A DNA stretch of 64,000 nucleotides from Chloroflexota bacterium (GTDB lineage: Bacteria; Chloroflexota; Dehalococcoidia; Dehalococcoidales; UBA2162), in contig JAZDIU010000079.1 of the NCBI GenBank assembly GCA_043804635.1, positions 1,125 through 65,124 on the forward strand, read 5' to 3'. A program made the position numbers and the translations under genes. Below are positions 62,047 to 64,000 of this stretch, one piece after another. The notes under the pieces were generated by a model. It did no database searches and had not been told where the DNA came from. It worked only from the letters and a program-made list of their open reading frames with translations. The stretch's first letter is position 1. Each line of letters begins with the position of its first letter.

Positions 62047-62083
62047 AAATGCCCTTCCTTAATAAAATCAGGAAGGGCATTTT
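62047..62083 (+). terminator. Intrinsic terminator after the DUF362 gene
   Basis: aaaatgcccttcc-(11 nt)-ggaagggcatttt followed by CTTTG. Confidence 0.6.
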
Positions 62084-62237
62084 CTTTGACCATACCAACT
62101 GCATCTAAAGTTTTTTACATTCAGGCTTTATCAATTCGTAAAGAATATATATTTGACACCAGCCTTCTAAAACTGGGAGAATATATTCATAGTCTCTGCA
62201 TAGACTTTTGCAGGTCTACTTTTCAGGATGGTAGTCT

Positions 62238-63143
62238 GTGCGGGGGGAGGAGAGGGTTGTGCAGAAGAACAGATGGCCTCCGCACATTAATGACGAAACG
62301 CAGCCAGCTCCCAAGCTGCTACTTCCCCGGTTGAAAGCCATTCGAGCACGTCTCACCGGTTTGTACACACGATATCACATTATTTTCCTGTTAGTGATTA
62401 TGAGCCTTGTCGCGTTTGCTTCGGTGCTCATCTACGATATAACCAGACCGCCACAGCAAAAATTGACTCAGCACGATATCGATGTTGCAGTTGAGCGTTC
62501 TCTAGCCAATGCTCCTCCTAAACCCTCTTTTGAATCACAGGTCTATGAAAAAATCCGACCATCGGTAGTGCTCATCGAAGTGACGGCTTCTATAGATGAG
62601 GAAAAAACCGGGGGAGTTGGGACCGGTTTCATAATTAACGATTCCGGAACTATATTAACCAGCCTACATATTGTTAGAGGTGCTACCTTAGTACAGGTTA
62701 CCTTTGCCGATGGCACTGAATCACCGGCTTTTGTTATGCGGGCACTGCCAGAAAACGACCTGGCGGTATTGAGGCCTCTGGTGATACCCGATGATATAGT
62801 ACCGGCAACCTTGACCAGTTCAGATACACTGCATATCGGCGATGAAGTCGTTGCAGTAGGGAATCCATTCGGCATAACTAACTCTCTTTCGTCCGGAGTC
62901 GTGTCCGGATTGCACCGCGAACTAGCATCGCCGTATGAAGGTTATACGTTGACTAACCTGGTCCAATTCGATGCGGCGGTGAATCCCGGTAATTCAGGGG
63001 GGCCGCTGGTCAACCGAGATGGTGAAGTCGTTGGCATCGTCACAGCGCTTATGAACCCGACCGACCAGAATGTTTTTATCGGTATAGGCTTTGCTGTACC
63101 AATAGAGACAGCAGTTGGCGGGGCAGGAGCACCCCCGGTTTAA
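62238..63143 (+). CDS. Membrane-anchored trypsin-like serine protease (HtrA/DegP catalytic domain, no PDZ)
   Basis: Catalytic triad context (LTSLHIV, NDLAVL, GNSGGPLV) and an N-terminal TM helix. The more likely start is GTG 62259, 8 nt after GGAGG. Confidence 0.8.
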   Translation: MRGEERVVQKNRWPPHINDETQPAPKLLLPRLKAIRARLTGLYTRYHIIFLLVIMSLVAFASVLIYDITRPPQQKLTQHDIDVAVERSLANAPPKPSFESQVYEKIRPSVVLIEVTASIDEEKTGGVGTGFIINDSGTILTSLHIVRGATLVQVTFADGTESPAFVMRALPENDLAVLRPLVIPDDIVPATLTSSDTLHIGDEVVAVGNPFGITNSLSSGVVSGLHRELASPYEGYTLTNLVQFDAAVNPGNSGGPLVNRDGEVVGIVTALMNPTDQNVFIGIGFAVPIETAVGGAGAPPV

Positions 63144-63163
63144 TCGTAGTGGGAGGTGGTTTG

Positions 63164-64000
63164 ATGACTGAAGAAACACTCAAGACTTCCGAACAGGCTC
63201 CGCTAATGGAGCAGCTATTGTATGAAATAAAAAAGGTTATTGTGGGGCAAGACCATTTGCTCGAGCGGGTACTGGTCGCTCTTTTATCACAGGGACATTT
63301 GCTGGTAGAGGGCGTTCCCGGACTGGCTAAAACCTTAGCCGTCAAAACGCTGGCACAGGCGATTAACGGGACCTTCAAACGTATCCAATTCACGCCAGAC
63401 CTGGTTCCCGCAGACCTCGTTGGAACACGAATATATAATCAGAAGACCAGCGAATTCAGCACATCACTCGGGCCGGTCTTTACCAATCTCCTGCTTGCCG
63501 ACGAAATCAACCGGGCGCCCGCTAAAGTACAGAGCGCGCTTCTCGAAGTGATGCAAGAACGCCAGGTCACTATCGGCGGTGTGACACATAACGTCTCGGA
63601 ACCTTTCTTAGTGATGGCTACCCAGAACCCGATTGAAACGGAAGGTACTTATCCCCTCCCCGAAGCACAGGTCGACCGCTTTATGATGAAGGTGGTCGTG
63701 GACTATCCCAGCGAGAGTGATGAATTCGTTATCGTTGAGCGAATGACTGGTCCGTTAACCCCGGTGAAAGCAGTCATCAATACGCAACAGTTGGTCGACC
63801 TCAGGCGTGAGGTGGAAAAGGTATATGTCGACCCATCGCTTATTCGTTATTCGGTGAGCCTGGCTACAGCGACACGCCAGAAGGACAAATTTAAAATGTC
63901 TGATATCGAAAAATACATTTTGTATGGAGCCAGCCCGAGGGCTTCAATCAACTTGATTATAACCGGGCGCGCGCTGGCGTTTGTACGCGGGCGCAGCTAC
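63164..64000 (+). CDS. MoxR-family AAA+ ATPase, 5' part; continues past the right window edge
   Basis: Not in the ORF track because there is no stop in the window. ATG 63164 follows GGGAGGTGG. MTEETLK...VIVGQDHLLERVLVALLSQGHLLVEGVPGLAKT...RIQFTPDLVPADLVGT...LLADEINRAP... Confidence 0.85.
   Translation, partial: MTEETLKTSEQAPLMEQLLYEIKKVIVGQDHLLERVLVALLSQGHLLVEGVPGLAKTLAVKTLAQAINGTFKRIQFTPDLVPADLVGTRIYNQKTSEFSTSLGPVFTNLLLADEINRAPAKVQSALLEVMQERQVTIGGVTHNVSEPFLVMATQNPIETEGTYPLPEAQVDRFMMKVVVDYPSESDEFVIVERMTGPLTPVKAVINTQQLVDLRREVEKVYVDPSLIRYSVSLATATRQKDKFKMSDIEKYILYGASPRASINLIITGRALAFVRGRSY

Overview
64-kb chromosomal window with about 60 protein genes, one 5S rRNA and one tRNA. There are no transposases, integrases, phage genes or CRISPR arrays. 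The gene content points to a strict anaerobe: an Hdr/MvhD/MetFV module, three radical-SAM enzymes, and a Na+-decarboxylase pump. My guess is a Chloroflexota/Dehalococcoidia-like organism, but that is inference only.

Housekeeping blocks: prfA-prmC, dapB-asd-dapA, rpsO-pnp, proA, rph, ychF, pdxA, and two ClpC-type unfoldases.

Items I consider most worth a second look:
1. 55352-60567: three tandem paralogs of a 517-554 aa protein. Each copy is internally duplicated and carries 2 x 4 invariant Cys. I cannot place it in any family. It sits in a cluster with an AbfD/HpaB-like flavoprotein, two SDRs, a VOC protein and a DUF362 protein (51500-62025).
2. A metF'-hdrC-hdrB-hdrA-mvhD-metV-metF operon. 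Its HdrA is a 1479-aa fusion containing a GltD/NfnB-like NAD(P)H module. Its mvhD is split in the ORF track by an in-frame TGA that aligns with a cluster Cys, so it is probably selenocysteine, and a candidate SECIS hairpin follows.
3. An AmmeMemoRadiSam locus with Memo and AMMECR1 fused into one polypeptide.
4. A tightly coupled operon of radical SAM (CX4CX2C), CinA-C/PncC, a membrane Zn-ribbon protein and DUF1847.
5. A pair of about 70-nt, roughly 87% identical promoter-bearing repeats in inverted orientation. At least one appears to fire a transcript with no gene.
6. A stand-alone 5S rRNA with its own promoter directly upstream of clpC.

The intergenic regions are packed with several families of short palindromic and heptameric repeats. 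All calls come from reading the sequence and the supplied ORF track. No searches or folding programs were run, and hairpin and promoter coordinates were counted by hand.
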